Source: Podospora anserina (lineage: Eukaryota). From it: a stretch of DNA of 64,000 bases. Shown in pieces: positions 51,769 through 62,621 of the stretch. The translations under genes were made by a program, and so were the position numbers. Each line of letters begins with the position of its first letter. The stretch's first letter is position 1. The notes under the pieces were generated by a model. It was not told the origin of the DNA, made no database searches, and saw nothing but the letters and a program-made list of their open reading frames with translations. The stretch lies in assembly GCA_017654855.1 (NCBI GenBank), contig CM030332.1:3472001-3536000 (forward strand). The letters are read 5' to 3'.

Positions 51769-52918
51769 ATGCTGTCCAAGACCGGAAGTGGCGTCCTCCT
51801 CCTGCAAGCCGCATCCCTTCTCTCGGGCGCGGCAGCCCGTTGCCTCCGGACCTGCCCGGCCGATGACCCGCTTCTCAACCTCCTCCGTTCCGAGTCGGCC
51901 TCCTCCGACTTCTGCCGTGACTTCCTCGGCCTTCCTGTTTCCACGCTCGAAACAACCGTCACCCCAACCGTCGTAGCCACCGTGACCGAAACCAGCTACG
52001 TCACCGAGGTCGTCACCCAAGTCGACACGACCATCACCGTCACCCTCCCTGCCGACGAGTCTCCCAGCACCACCGTCACCGTCACCCCCGCAAAGCGTGA
52101 CAATGCCTACCCAACCTGGCTCCCAACCAGCTACGGCGAAAAGTACATCTCCCAAGCCTGCTCCTGCCTCAGCCTCCCCCCCGCCATCAGCACCGTAACC
52201 TCCACCGCCGATGCAGTCACCCTCACCGACGCAACCACCATCACCGAAACCATAACCGAAACAATCCACACCACCGCCATCGCCACCGAAACTGCCAAGC
52301 CCGCTCCCAAGCCAGTCAAGCGCATGATCAAAATCGAGGCTATCCGCAAAAACGCGGGTACCCCCCTAGGATGGATCTACAATAGCAACGGTCCCGCCAT
52401 CACAAACAGCAACAATCAGCAGCCTACTTTATTCGAATTCAACCTCCTCGAGAACGAGACTGTCGGGTCCCAGCTGCGATTGAGCTCCTCGTTTGGCCCG
52501 CTTGGGTTTAACAAGGATAGCCATCCTAGTAATATCGTCGAGCTGGAAGATAATTATGGTTCTCTCAAGTTTGTCGCGCCTACTGAGCCGGGGGCGGTTC
52601 CTCAGACGGTGGATGCGGGGAAGAACAAGTACGCGAGTGATATTTGGAGCGTTGATACGGAGACGAGGGAGATTACCTGGCAGTGGGTTGCTACTAATGG
52701 AGGGAGTAAGTGTTCTTCCTGCTTTAACTGTTTGTATTAGGTGTGGTTTACTGACTGGAAATGTTGATTTAGTTCCCGATATCAAGCTGTACTACGTGTC
52801 TGGCCGTCTTTATCCTGTTGGTGATGTGGAGAGATTCATGTACGCTACTAGCAATGCTATTGGCGCGAGGGAGGAGGTCAGGTTGGTGTATACTTTGGTT
52901 GGGGAGTCTGTTTTGTAG
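51769..52918 (+). CDS. Secreted Thr-rich cell-surface protein
   Basis: Signal peptide; FCRDFL..Thr-rich..PTWL..ISQACSCL motif; intron 52706-52772. Confidence 0.8.
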
Positions 52919-53444
52919 ATTTCTTTGGTTGAGGAATAGAGTTGGTTGTCTACTTTGTTTGGAGCAGCAAGTCATCGTCATTTTGCAATTGAATTGTCTT
53001 TTGTGATGCAGTGCCATTTAACCTAGGGCAGGGTTGAAAGGGTAGGTTGATTCTAGCTTGCTTTTACATGCAGGTTTTTTGTGAACATTTCTTTTGCACT
53101 GAACGATCTAGTCTCTTCTTCGCGAATATTTTCGACAAGCGTTGCTTGAATTTATAAATTGCTCCCAGTTCTTTTTTCTATGCCCCCGGGGGAGTATCGA
53201 GTCTTCATTCAGGCATCTAAACGATGCACCAGCAACAGAGAGCTCGGGATCCCATCAAACAACAGCTGGATTGCTTGTCTGGGGGATAGTTGGCCAAGGT
53301 TCCAACACACCAATCACAGTCCACCAATTCACACCAAACAAAACACCCCCTTTTTATTTCCCCAGGGGTGCTGGCTCTCTTTCTGGGATATGCGAACCGA
53401 CATTTTGTCAAAGAAAAGGGAGCCAAAAAAAAAAAACAGCAAAA

Positions 53445-53530
53445 AGCATGCAACACCGGACATTCCCCAATGGTATCGCCCACCTGGGTATTACTCCGGT
53501 GACTGAAAGCTGTTATTCACAAGTTTGATG
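53445..53530 (-). pseudogene. Degenerate 5S rRNA remnant (3' half)
   Basis: gcatgcaacaccggacattccccaatggtatcgcccacctgggtattactc aligns with acatacaacaccagggattccccagtggtcacccacctgagtacta of the intact copies. Preceded by an A-run (T-run terminator on the minus strand). Confidence 0.7.
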
Positions 53531-53599
53531 ACCGAAGTGGACTTTTCTTTTGGCTTGTTTTGAGTTGGCTAGTGCCCGCCACCTCGCACCACAGACACA

Positions 53600-53795
53600 T
53601 AACGGACAAAGAATAAGAGACTGCAACGAAAAATCAAAGCCTGAAAGGATAGTTGAAATGCCTCTAATTGTCATTTTTCAAGGCCATTCGTCTATCTCTG
53701 CAAGGCCTCTTGACTATCTTTTAACGCCTGTTGATAATTTTTCAAGGCTTTTTGATTCTCTTCCAAGGCTTATGGCAGTCTCCCCATTTTCCTGT
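53600..53795. mobile_element. Relic related to the interior of the 47.2-kb MITE, in opposite orientation
   Basis: Reverse complement shows the same ~21-bp periodic motif (ggccttgaaaa..gatagt) plus shared flanks CGTGG(A)CAGGA and GGCTT..TGATTTTTC. No TIRs seen. Confidence 0.5.
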
Positions 53796-54905
53796 CCACG
53801 GCGTGTGAATGAAAAACGCAGCCATCACGCGTGTCCACAAACGCCTCACCTCCACTTGTCATGTCAAAAACCTTGAGCTTGTTTGCCGGCGCAGGCGGGC
53901 AGTGTGCAGTTATACATTTGCTGCCCCCCTCTCCCACGTTCCTCCATTTTTCTTTTTCCTCTCAACAGCAGATTCAAAAAGGTATGTACCGCCCTCTTCT
54001 AAAACGTGTTTTCGGAAAACTTAAAAAATAAAAATAAAAGAAATTTATAAAAAAAATATGTGTCTTCAGATATTTTGAGGTGGTTCTCCATCATGAAGAA
54101 TGAAACCTCATTCTTTTCCTAGACGGATACTCTTGTCATCATCATTAAACACCTTACACCAATGACGGCTTCTGTTGGGATTGAGCTGCTTGATTTGAGG
54201 TTGAACGTGTCTATCAATCGTTCTGGGGACAGGATGGAACAGGTGGACGGTCACTCTGGGGGAGGGGGGGAAGGTGGAAAGGTGCGAGCGGGAGGGAAGT
54301 CACCGACGGGCGGGGGCATGACGGCTGGCGCTTACTCACTGCAAGCAAAGAGGAACTGAGGGATGAGAAGAAGTGATTTGACAGTGATGAGAACGGTAAT
54401 GGGCATGCGGTTGAGACTTGTGGTGAATGATGTCAGGCTTGGACCTTGATGGAGTCCCCACGGGAGGGTTGCTGAATCTGAGTTGATCACTATCTGCTGT
54501 GGTTTGATGACATTGTGGATTAACTGTTCAATGTGCAATACCAAGATAATCTCTTCCAAAGTTGTTTCATGCAAATCAATATCAACCTGGTGAGCCGGTA
54601 GCGTTATAGATGGCTCCTGAGTTTGGTCGAGATGGGGATTTGGGCAAGGCAAGAGACGAGTCTTGAAAGATCCTATTCCCGGTATTGCAGAGGCCCTGTT
54701 GAAGGATCAGTCTAAACCTCGGACCTGCTTTTCTGATAGAATCCTGGAAAACAGTGGGTCTGCTTCGCTGGATGCGACCATACAATTACCTAACTGATAG
54801 CAGGGGCAATCAAACGCGCTGGAGAGAAAATGTTGATAAATAGGGGCTACACCCTCATCCTCATGTCTCATGACAACACAACATCACGTCGCCTAAATGC
54901 CCATC

Positions 54906-55735
54906 ATGGTATCTACAGTCCTCTATCTCGCCTGCCTCTCAGCCCTCCAACTCCCACTTTCGTCCGCCCAAAAAATCACCACCACCACCACCGTCCCAAT
55001 CCTAGACTGGGGCTTCGATTTCCCCGGCTCCGCCATCTCAGTGATCGGACAAACCTCCGGCTCAACAACCTACCGCCTGACATGCAACTCCCCCGGCGAG
55101 TGTCAATGGACTCAAGTCCCCGATAGGGCTTCTTACCTGAATAACATGGTAGGCACCATGACCTTCATCGAAGCCGGCGCGCCCTACAACGCAGCCATGA
55201 CACTGAACATCAGCGCAAGAGGGATCGCATTCTCCTACCAGGCGACTTGCACGCCGAGAACAAAGCCCATCACTATTCAGACTACCGATTCTGAGGGGAG
55301 GTTTACTGATTTCCCTGTGAGGGCACCTAATCTGGTGGATTGCACATCAACTTCGATGGGGAAGGAGCCGACGCCAACGTTTGAGCTTGATGGGACGACA
55401 GGGGTGTATAAGATGGTTGTTATCACGCAGGGGGTGGAGAAATTAGATCTAGGCGCTGCGCCTACGGGGCTCATCACGACCGGTGGGGTGTACGACTCTC
55501 GGGATGAATGTGAGTACTTGATTTTACTTCAAAAAAGAACAGGGGAAGATGAGCTAATGCTTTTTGTCTACCAGCTTCTGGTTCATCTTCTTCGTCGTCG
55601 TTTTCATCTTCAACGGGCGCAACGGACGCTCCAGCGGCCAACACGCAAACTCCAGACTCTGCTGGGGGTAAGCTTGTCACTTCCAGCCTTAGGATGGCAG
55701 GTTTTGTTGTGCTCATGACAGCACTGTTTGCTTGA
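54906..55735 (+). CDS. Secreted, probably GPI-anchored protein
   Basis: Signal peptide MVSTVLYLACLSALQLPLSSA; SVIG..STTYRLTC motif; intron about 55510-55573; Ser-rich stalk and hydrophobic C-terminus MAGFVVLMTALFA. Confidence 0.78.
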
Positions 55736-56149
55736 TCATGATTTCAATCTGGTAGAGCTCTACCAAATCAACTGGGAGTAGCCGGACAATCGAGCCAAGT
55801 TCCTCACACCTTATTAGCCCATCATGTGTTTCGGCTTGTCTCTACCCAAACCTGTATCTAGCGATAGTCTGCTTTCCCATTGCGCTTGTGCAGTCCCTGT
55901 GAAAGAAAAAAAAATAACTAAAGTAACAGTGCCAGAACTGACAACGTCAAATCCAAGTGCTGACATTGGAGAACGATGATTCAGGGGCAACCAAAAGTGG
56001 TCTCCAAAACGTCTTTTCACCCGTTGCTGTAAAAACATGATAGTAAAATATTTCCCTTTCCTTTTGGATACACTGCACAAAAAAGTTTTGACGGTTTTCA
56101 AAAGAAAATGAAAGTGAGATAGATGTAAGGACTAAAAAACAAGTCTAAA

Positions 56150-56268
56150 ACATACAACACCAGGGATTCCCCAGTGGTCACCCACCTGAGTACTAGTCTG
56201 GCAGTCAGCTGTTTGACTAGGGGAGAGCGGACGGGATCCCGTATTTTCAGCTGCTTATGGTCGTATGT
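56150..56268 (-). rRNA. 5S rRNA gene (isotype 1)
   Basis: 119 nt ACATACGACCATA...GATCCCGTCCGCTC...AGTACT...GTGACCACTGGGGAATCCCTGGTGTTGTATGT followed by a T-run. Confidence 0.96.
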
Positions 56269-56778
56269 GTTTGTTTGAGTGGAAGAATGATATTATGAGG
56301 AAGGTTTGCTGGTGGAGGAGGCGAGTAGAAGTGTGAGGTGAGACTAGCGGGTGATGGGTGTGGTTAGATAGGGAGAGAAAGAGTAATAGTGAGAGTTGAA
56401 TCAAGTGGGTACGAGTTTTACGATGGTTGGGCAGTAACGGTCGGGTGATGAGTTGGTGCTAGCACTGCTGGGTCGTGCCGTCTTCCTGTTCAAGTGAGGA
56501 GAAATCCCTCGTGTTTTTATCTAACTCCCTCCTTTTTCTCTCTCTCTTTTTTTTTTTTTTTTTTTTTTTTTTTGGGATTTTTAAAAAATGTGTTGCGAAA
56601 CTGTCAAGATCATTTTCAGTGAGATAACTATATAACTGTTGGGAACAAAAAAAGTTTTTTGGGTGGTGTGTTTACGATACAGCTGTTGTCGTCGGTGGAA
56701 TAAGCTGTGCACAAATGCTAGCTGCCCCTTGTTACCAGCCCCTGGAATCGTTGCACAATGTCAACAATAACCACGTTG

Positions 56779-59085
56779 CTATAGCTCTTCAACAGCATCA
56801 CAAAACTCATCACTTCCCTCAGATTCTTCTTCATCGTCTTTGTTAATACTTTCCAGCAGCTCATTAAACGCCTGACGAAGCTCCGCTGTCGACTCTCGCT
56901 GGTTGAATATTTCGATGGGCGTCTTCATCTTCTGACCGCCGTCCAGATCATCAGCAAGCCCCCGCATCTTGGCGTCTGTAAAGATTTTGAGCATCTCGAC
57001 ATCGGCAACTGCCGCCAAGTAGTGAAGAATACCCTTCCCGTCTCGGTTTTTATAGCGATAATCACTACCGCGCTCAAGTAGAATTCTGACGTTTTCGTGC
57101 CGCGAGTAGAAGACAGCATAGATGAGGGGTGTGTCACCATCCTTGTCAACATGATTGACATTAGCACCATGCTCGACGAGTAAAGTTACTGCATTTGGGC
57201 TCGTTCGCGAAGCGGCAAAACAGATAGGTGTCGCGCCTCTCCATGTCTCGCAATTGACATCAGCGCCATGTTGCCTGAGCAATGACACGATCCTACCGTC
57301 AACGGCATCCCCTATTGCGTTTACAGCACAAATGATTGGTGTTGTGCCGCGATCATCAATGACCGCGTTCACATCTGCACCGGCCTCAACAAGCAGTTTG
57401 GCTACTTCGTAGTGGCTGAACCAACATGCTTGAAATAGGGGTGGCGTCCCGTGTTTCTTTTTCAACGATACCGACGCGCCCGCCTTCAGGAGTTTCGAGG
57501 CGGCTTCTGTGTCTCCCTTAAATGCTGCCATATCAAGTGGGCTCCATGTGCTCTCCGGATCAACATGGTTCAAGTAAGAGAGGTACTCCGGCTTGCCGAG
57601 AGCTTCTCCAAGATTCGCATGTAGCACTCCGCTGACAATAAGGTGTAAAGGAGATAACTGAATACTTTCGAAGGCGGGTATCAACTCTATGAGCTCATGG
57701 GACCCAGGTCTGCCGGACAGGTGTATCTGAATCGCTTCGTATAGGACCTTGGGGTCCCTGTCAGCCTCAGCGAATGGGTCAGCCCCTGCTTGTAGTAGAA
57801 GTCGAATCAATGGGATGTTGACCCTATAAAGGGCTGCGAGCAATGGGGTCTCGTCGGTACTGCCTCGAACGTCGTATACAGATGCACGCTTGTCTTGAAG
57901 TAATTGTCTGACCCCTTCGACATTCCCTCTTTCAATGCAACCAAAGATGTTTGTGGCCGTGCGCGGTGTTCCAGTTTCCAGACGGTTGAACATGCGGATG
58001 TTTAGTTCGGGTGTGCCATGCATATTGCTTGAAAAGAAGGCTGATATGCCTCCTCGGTATAGCCAGTTCGGGCAGTTGTAGTGTAGCATGACCTCTTTAG
58101 CCTGGGGCAAGTTTGTGTTGACACAAGCCTGAGACGTGCATTCTCCGCCGATAGAGCCACCAGACACTCTAACCACCAGGCCGAATAATGACAACTTCCA
58201 GGTGTTGTACTGTAGCGAATAGTTCGCTATTACGTGACATCGACAGGGACAATGGAAATCGCAGCGACGACGACGTTGACGGTGGCGGTTACATGGGGCC
58301 TGCGGATATGTGTTTCGTGCTTCGATACCTTCATTTTCCATAGCGCGATCGTTCGACTGTCGCAGGCTGGCAAGACAATCCTCCAATCTTGCCATCTGTC
58401 GAAGAATTGGATCTCTCACTTCGGACAGCATATTGGTTCTCAGTTCTTCGACCTTGGAGACCACCTCTGGCATTATCTCGCTCGCCAAAGCATGAGAAAT
58501 GTGGGACTTGAGCTCAGCTGTCGACCGTTCAACCGCCGCGCCGATACCAAGAGACACCCGGCTTCAACAGCAACAATACAGTCAGCAGCGCTAACCTCAC
58601 AGCCATAGTGAAGACACTCACATATTCTGCACAACCAACAATCGATAGATCGCTACCGTAGCGCTCTTCAAGCTCTTTCTCAAACCAGCTACCGTGGTAC
58701 TTTGTCTCAACCAGGCCAACTTCCTCCTCTTCCCTAGATCTTCCGGCTTCCGCTCCCCGCTCTCCAGCCCGTCTCCATCGATAATATTCTCAATCACCTT
58801 CTCAATCCTCCCAATAACCACAGTCGAGTCTTCAAAGAGCCCGACCAGCGCCTCAGCAACAGACGCAAACGATGCTGACTTGAGAGCCTCCTCTGATAAC
58901 CCAAGATACATCTCCCTCAGCCCCGCTTCTGTCTCCTCAAAAAATTGCTGCGAACGCCGGAGGTCATCAAGCAAGCGGTGGAGGCCTTCGGGTGCCCCGC
59001 GCCAGGTGTCGACGAGGGAGTAAACCGTGGATGAGGTGCGGACAACAATGGTTGAGACTCCGAGGATAGCCCCTAGGACCTCCAT
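56779..59085 (-). CDS. HeLo-like/SesA-type N-terminal domain + Cys-rich linker + ankyrin repeats (about 748 aa, 2 exons)
   Basis: Exon 1 MEVLGAILGVSTIV..WRGAPEGLHRLLDDL..RRKLAWL; 60-nt intron 58562-58621 keeps the frame; CDFHCPCRCH; multiple ANK repeats (ETPLLAA, SPLDMAA, PPLFQAC, TPIICAV, TPICFAA, DTPLIYAV, GILHYLA). Confidence 0.85.
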
Positions 59086-59692
59086 CGTGTGACCAGTCGA
59101 AGAACTGGAGTTGTAGAGATGCTCGGGCGAACAAAAAACGGCGTGCTACAGTCCACGTGTATTTCCCAGGGGCTGAACATTGTAACGGAGGCACGACGCC
59201 CTATCAGTGACCCCGCTTCGGCGGCAATGTCGCGACCACTCAGTTAATATCGAATAGATTGGCAAATGGTCGCAATTCATGCACGGGAGGGAGAGACATG
59301 AGCCCGTCGTAAAGTTGCAGAGCACGAGCGCAGCCTTGCTGCAGAAGGGTTGGCATGCGATAGAGACTATGTATGGCATCCCAAGACAAAGACCTTTTGA
59401 AGCCCTTGTATTCCATTCAGGATCCTGTGGGTAGTCGTCGTCGTCGTCATTACCGTCGAACACTCTGCCACTATCGTCCACCTCCGGGTTGCATCTCGTT
59501 CTTAAGAGTGGTTTTATACCTGGTGGCTGTGCCGGGGTACTTCCTTGGGTGTAATGGCGATGGTAGCGATCAGGGGTTGTAAGTAGTAATAGGGAGCTCA
59601 AGTGATGTAGACGCGGATTTATGGCACTTGATGAGTGACAGTCTACCAAGACTCCTCAAAAAACAAGAGGAAAAAGAGAAAGAGAGGCAAAA

Positions 59693-59811
59693 ACATACAA
59701 CACCAGGGATTCCCCAGTGGTCACCCACCTGAGTACTGATCTGGCCCTTTCAAGCTTATCTAGGGCAGAGCGGACGGGATGCCGAGTTTTCTTGAAGGTA
59801 TGGTCGTATGT
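59693..59811 (-). rRNA. 5S rRNA gene (isotype 2)
   Basis: 119 nt with the same termini as the 56.2-kb copy. TATA-like TATATAA about 29 nt upstream; T-run downstream. Confidence 0.96.
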
Positions 59812-60065
59812 GATATCTTATGTCCAAAGTTGGGCTTATATAGATTGTCTTGAAGGAGGGAGGTTGAAAAGCTGCAGGTGCTATGTGAAAGAGGTATATA
59901 TCGAAGGCCCCACCTGGGAGCAAAAATGGCATTTTTCAGCGGGGAGTTGTATTAGTTTTGATGAATAGCACGTAGTCAAAAAAGGGAACGAGAGATACTG
60001 CAGTAAAAACACACAGGTCTGAAAAGATGGTGTTGGGGTGGGATGTTGATCTAAACATGCAGTGG

Positions 60066-60691
60066 CTATTTGTAGAAGGGGGCAAAAGTAAGTGCCAAAC
60101 GGGGACCAGATATTCGTGTTGTCCAGCCGTGAGCTGGACCGACTCGATCTACCTTTGCAAGGTAGATATATCTCTTCGCCCCCTCCATCCCCACCCCCTC
60201 CACACCCGCATGTGTATGAATCAAGCTATAGACCTTCGTCCCCCTCACCTTCTCATGAGTATAACCCAACAGATGAATGTGCGATTCAACATCCAAATGC
60301 TCCTGGAGCCAGAACCATCACTCCACTCATATGTCTTCCTCGTCAAGATGGAAGGAGGCCCTTTCTTGGCCGACTCTTTGGACATTTCGTCCCAAAAAGG
60401 CATTTCAAAACTCTCATCTTCCAACACGTTTCGAAGGGCACGTTCCAGACGAAGGATATAGGCGCGGTGCCAGAGGGGGGAAAGGACGTTGCCGTGCTGA
60501 CAGTACCATGCTGGGATTCCGTGGTAGCTTGCGATTTGGGCGAAGGGGTCCGGATGACTTGATGGAAGCGCTTGGATTCTCTGAACTCCACGGACGAGGA
60601 GGTCGAGATCTTTGGGGCAAAGCTTGGTGACATCCTGCCGCAGATGGTGTTGAGAACCGCGAGTGATCTCTGAGGGTTGCGAGGAAGACAT
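60066..60691 (-). pseudogene. Tyrosinase pseudogene with large internal deletion
   Basis: CuA region (IASYHG..YCQHGN..WHRAY..MPFWD) joined out of frame near 60305 to QEHLDVESHIHL..LIHTH, which resembles a fungal tyrosinase C-terminus. No CuB motif. Confidence 0.78.
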
Positions 60692-61303
60692 GGTGGCTAG
60701 CTGAGCTGAACGTTTATTGAGGGAATGATGGCCGTGAACTCGAATGCCTCTGGATGTCTGGAGAAGTTGCTCACATCTCCCTGCCTACTTATACGCCAAG
60801 ATCACGATCCGTCAAAGACATATCGAAGTGCCGTTCCAAAACTTACCTCCTCCTCGCTGCCCACCTTACGACTCCATGATGCTATTCTTCACTCGAAGGT
60901 ACCCACCACAAGGCTGATTCAATCTCAGCTGAAAGTCTAGAACTTTATGTAGTAAAAACTCTCCCCCCAAACGTGTGGATGTCGAGGAGCATGCATATAG
61001 TAGGAGAGGTGGAATCTTCCTGGTGATATTAGTGTTTGTCTGTTCAGAAGCTTACCAAGTGGGTAAACTTTGATACATCTCTGACTTGATCGCCGACACG
61101 ACCATGGCAAATACATCCCCTTTCCTGCCAAAACCACGAAAACATATCGCCCTCTCAGATGAGAACATCCTACCAAATCCCATCCTCTATACATCGTCCA
61201 TCATACACATCGCCAAACTCCCATTATATATCCCACAATGCGCAACCAAATTCCAGTATCCTGCAATCTCCCTTATTCACTCTTCCCAATATAGCCATCC
61301 TTC

Positions 61304-61996
61304 CTACTCCCCCCTCCTCCCCCGTCTCGGCGCCTGAGGTGGCGCAGCACCAATCCTCTCCTCCCTCGTCCTCCCCCCCGTCCTCGTCTCCGGCGTCACC
61401 ATCTCCTGCCCCTGCCCCCTCCCCCTCCCACCAGCACCACCAGCAGCAGCCCTCACCCTTCCCCCCATAACCGGCGGCGGCCCCATCACCTCCGCCTCCC
61501 TCTCCCTCTCCCTCTCCCTCTCCCTCGCACTCCTCCTCACCGGCCCACCACCCCCCCTAACACCACTCGGCGTCTCCATCTCCCCATGTCCCCCCATCCT
61601 AGCCTGCGCCCTCGTCAGCGGCACCCCCGTACTCGGCGGCAGCGGCGGCGCACTCATCATTTCAACATCCTCATCCCCATCCCCACCCTGCACAGGCGTT
61701 TGCTGTCCCTGAAAAGACAAGCTCACCTGTCTAGCTTGCTGTTGCGCTCTCGCATAGTACGATATCTCCTCCTCTTCTTCCGACTCCGATTGTTGAGGCA
61801 ATGGTGGCGGGGAGGGAGGAGAAGAAGAAGGAATAACCCGTCTTCTCGTCTCAGGGACGCCAAGCGATCGACGCTCCTCCCTATCCCGACGAGCAACAAA
61901 CCGGGCTTGGATCCGCTCCTTCTCCGCCAGGCGGTCCTCGTAGTCGGCTATGTCTTCGGGGGTGATCGTTAGGGTTGTCAGAGGGCGGCGGAGCAT
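61304..61996 (-). CDS. CDC26: Anaphase-promoting complex subunit Cdc26-like
   Basis: N-terminal MLRRPLTTLTITPEDIADYE motif followed by a disordered tail. Confidence 0.8.
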   Translation of the reverse strand: MLRRPLTTLTITPEDIADYEDRLAEKERIQARFVARRDREERRSLGVPETRRRVIPSSSPPSPPPLPQQSESEEEEEISYYARAQQQARQVSLSFQGQQTPVQGGDGDEDVEMMSAPPLPPSTGVPLTRAQARMGGHGEMETPSGVRGGGGPVRRSAREREREREREAEVMGPPPVMGGRVRAAAGGAGGRGRGQGQEMVTPETRTGGRTREERIGAAPPQAPRRGRRGE

Positions 61997-62621
61997 GATT
62001 GCGGTTTCGATATGGGCGTCGTGGAGGGGTATCAAAAGGTTGATCGGTTAAGTAAGTGGTCGCGGGTGGGTGGTATATCGATTATAGTACTCGCTCGCTG
62101 TTTCGTACAAAATGCGCAGTGTAAAAATGCCCAGAAATCCTGGTTGTCAAAGTTGCGAAAGAATCTTGTGGTCGAGAGAGAGCTCAGGAAGCTGGTCGTC
62201 GCTTTATCGGACGCGTTGTTGCGCTTTTCGAGAATTCGAAAAGCGCGCCGCCGGACTTAAAGTGGCAGTCAAAGATGTCAGGGTTAGGGTCACTTACACG
62301 CCTCACTTTTACCCTCTCTGGACAGACCGACCTATGCTTATGATGGTGGCACTGGTCATTTCCTTTACATATTTTCCATAACGTGCGCTTCATCATTCTG
62401 CGGTTCTCTCTATTCTGAACTGAGCGTAACATACAAGTCACAGCTCGGTGCCTAAACGAAACCAAGCCATTCCCATTATTCTACTCGACAGAACTTTGGA
62501 TTCCAGTCCAACGACCGTTCTGTCCAGATCAACCCCCCTCTATCATGTAATACAGTGCCAGAAAATACCCCAAAAAACTTCACATACACCCAAAAACTGC
62601 CCTTCTCTCCATCCTCCAAAT

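Noticed and set aside
54332..54785. Short minus-strand ORFs that might be another gene relic
   Set aside because: No recognisable motif or splice structure, so no call can be supported.
46400..61200. Intact Starship or transposase
   Set aside because: No tyrosine recombinase, DDE transposase or reverse transcriptase ORF is recognisable; only non-coding relics.
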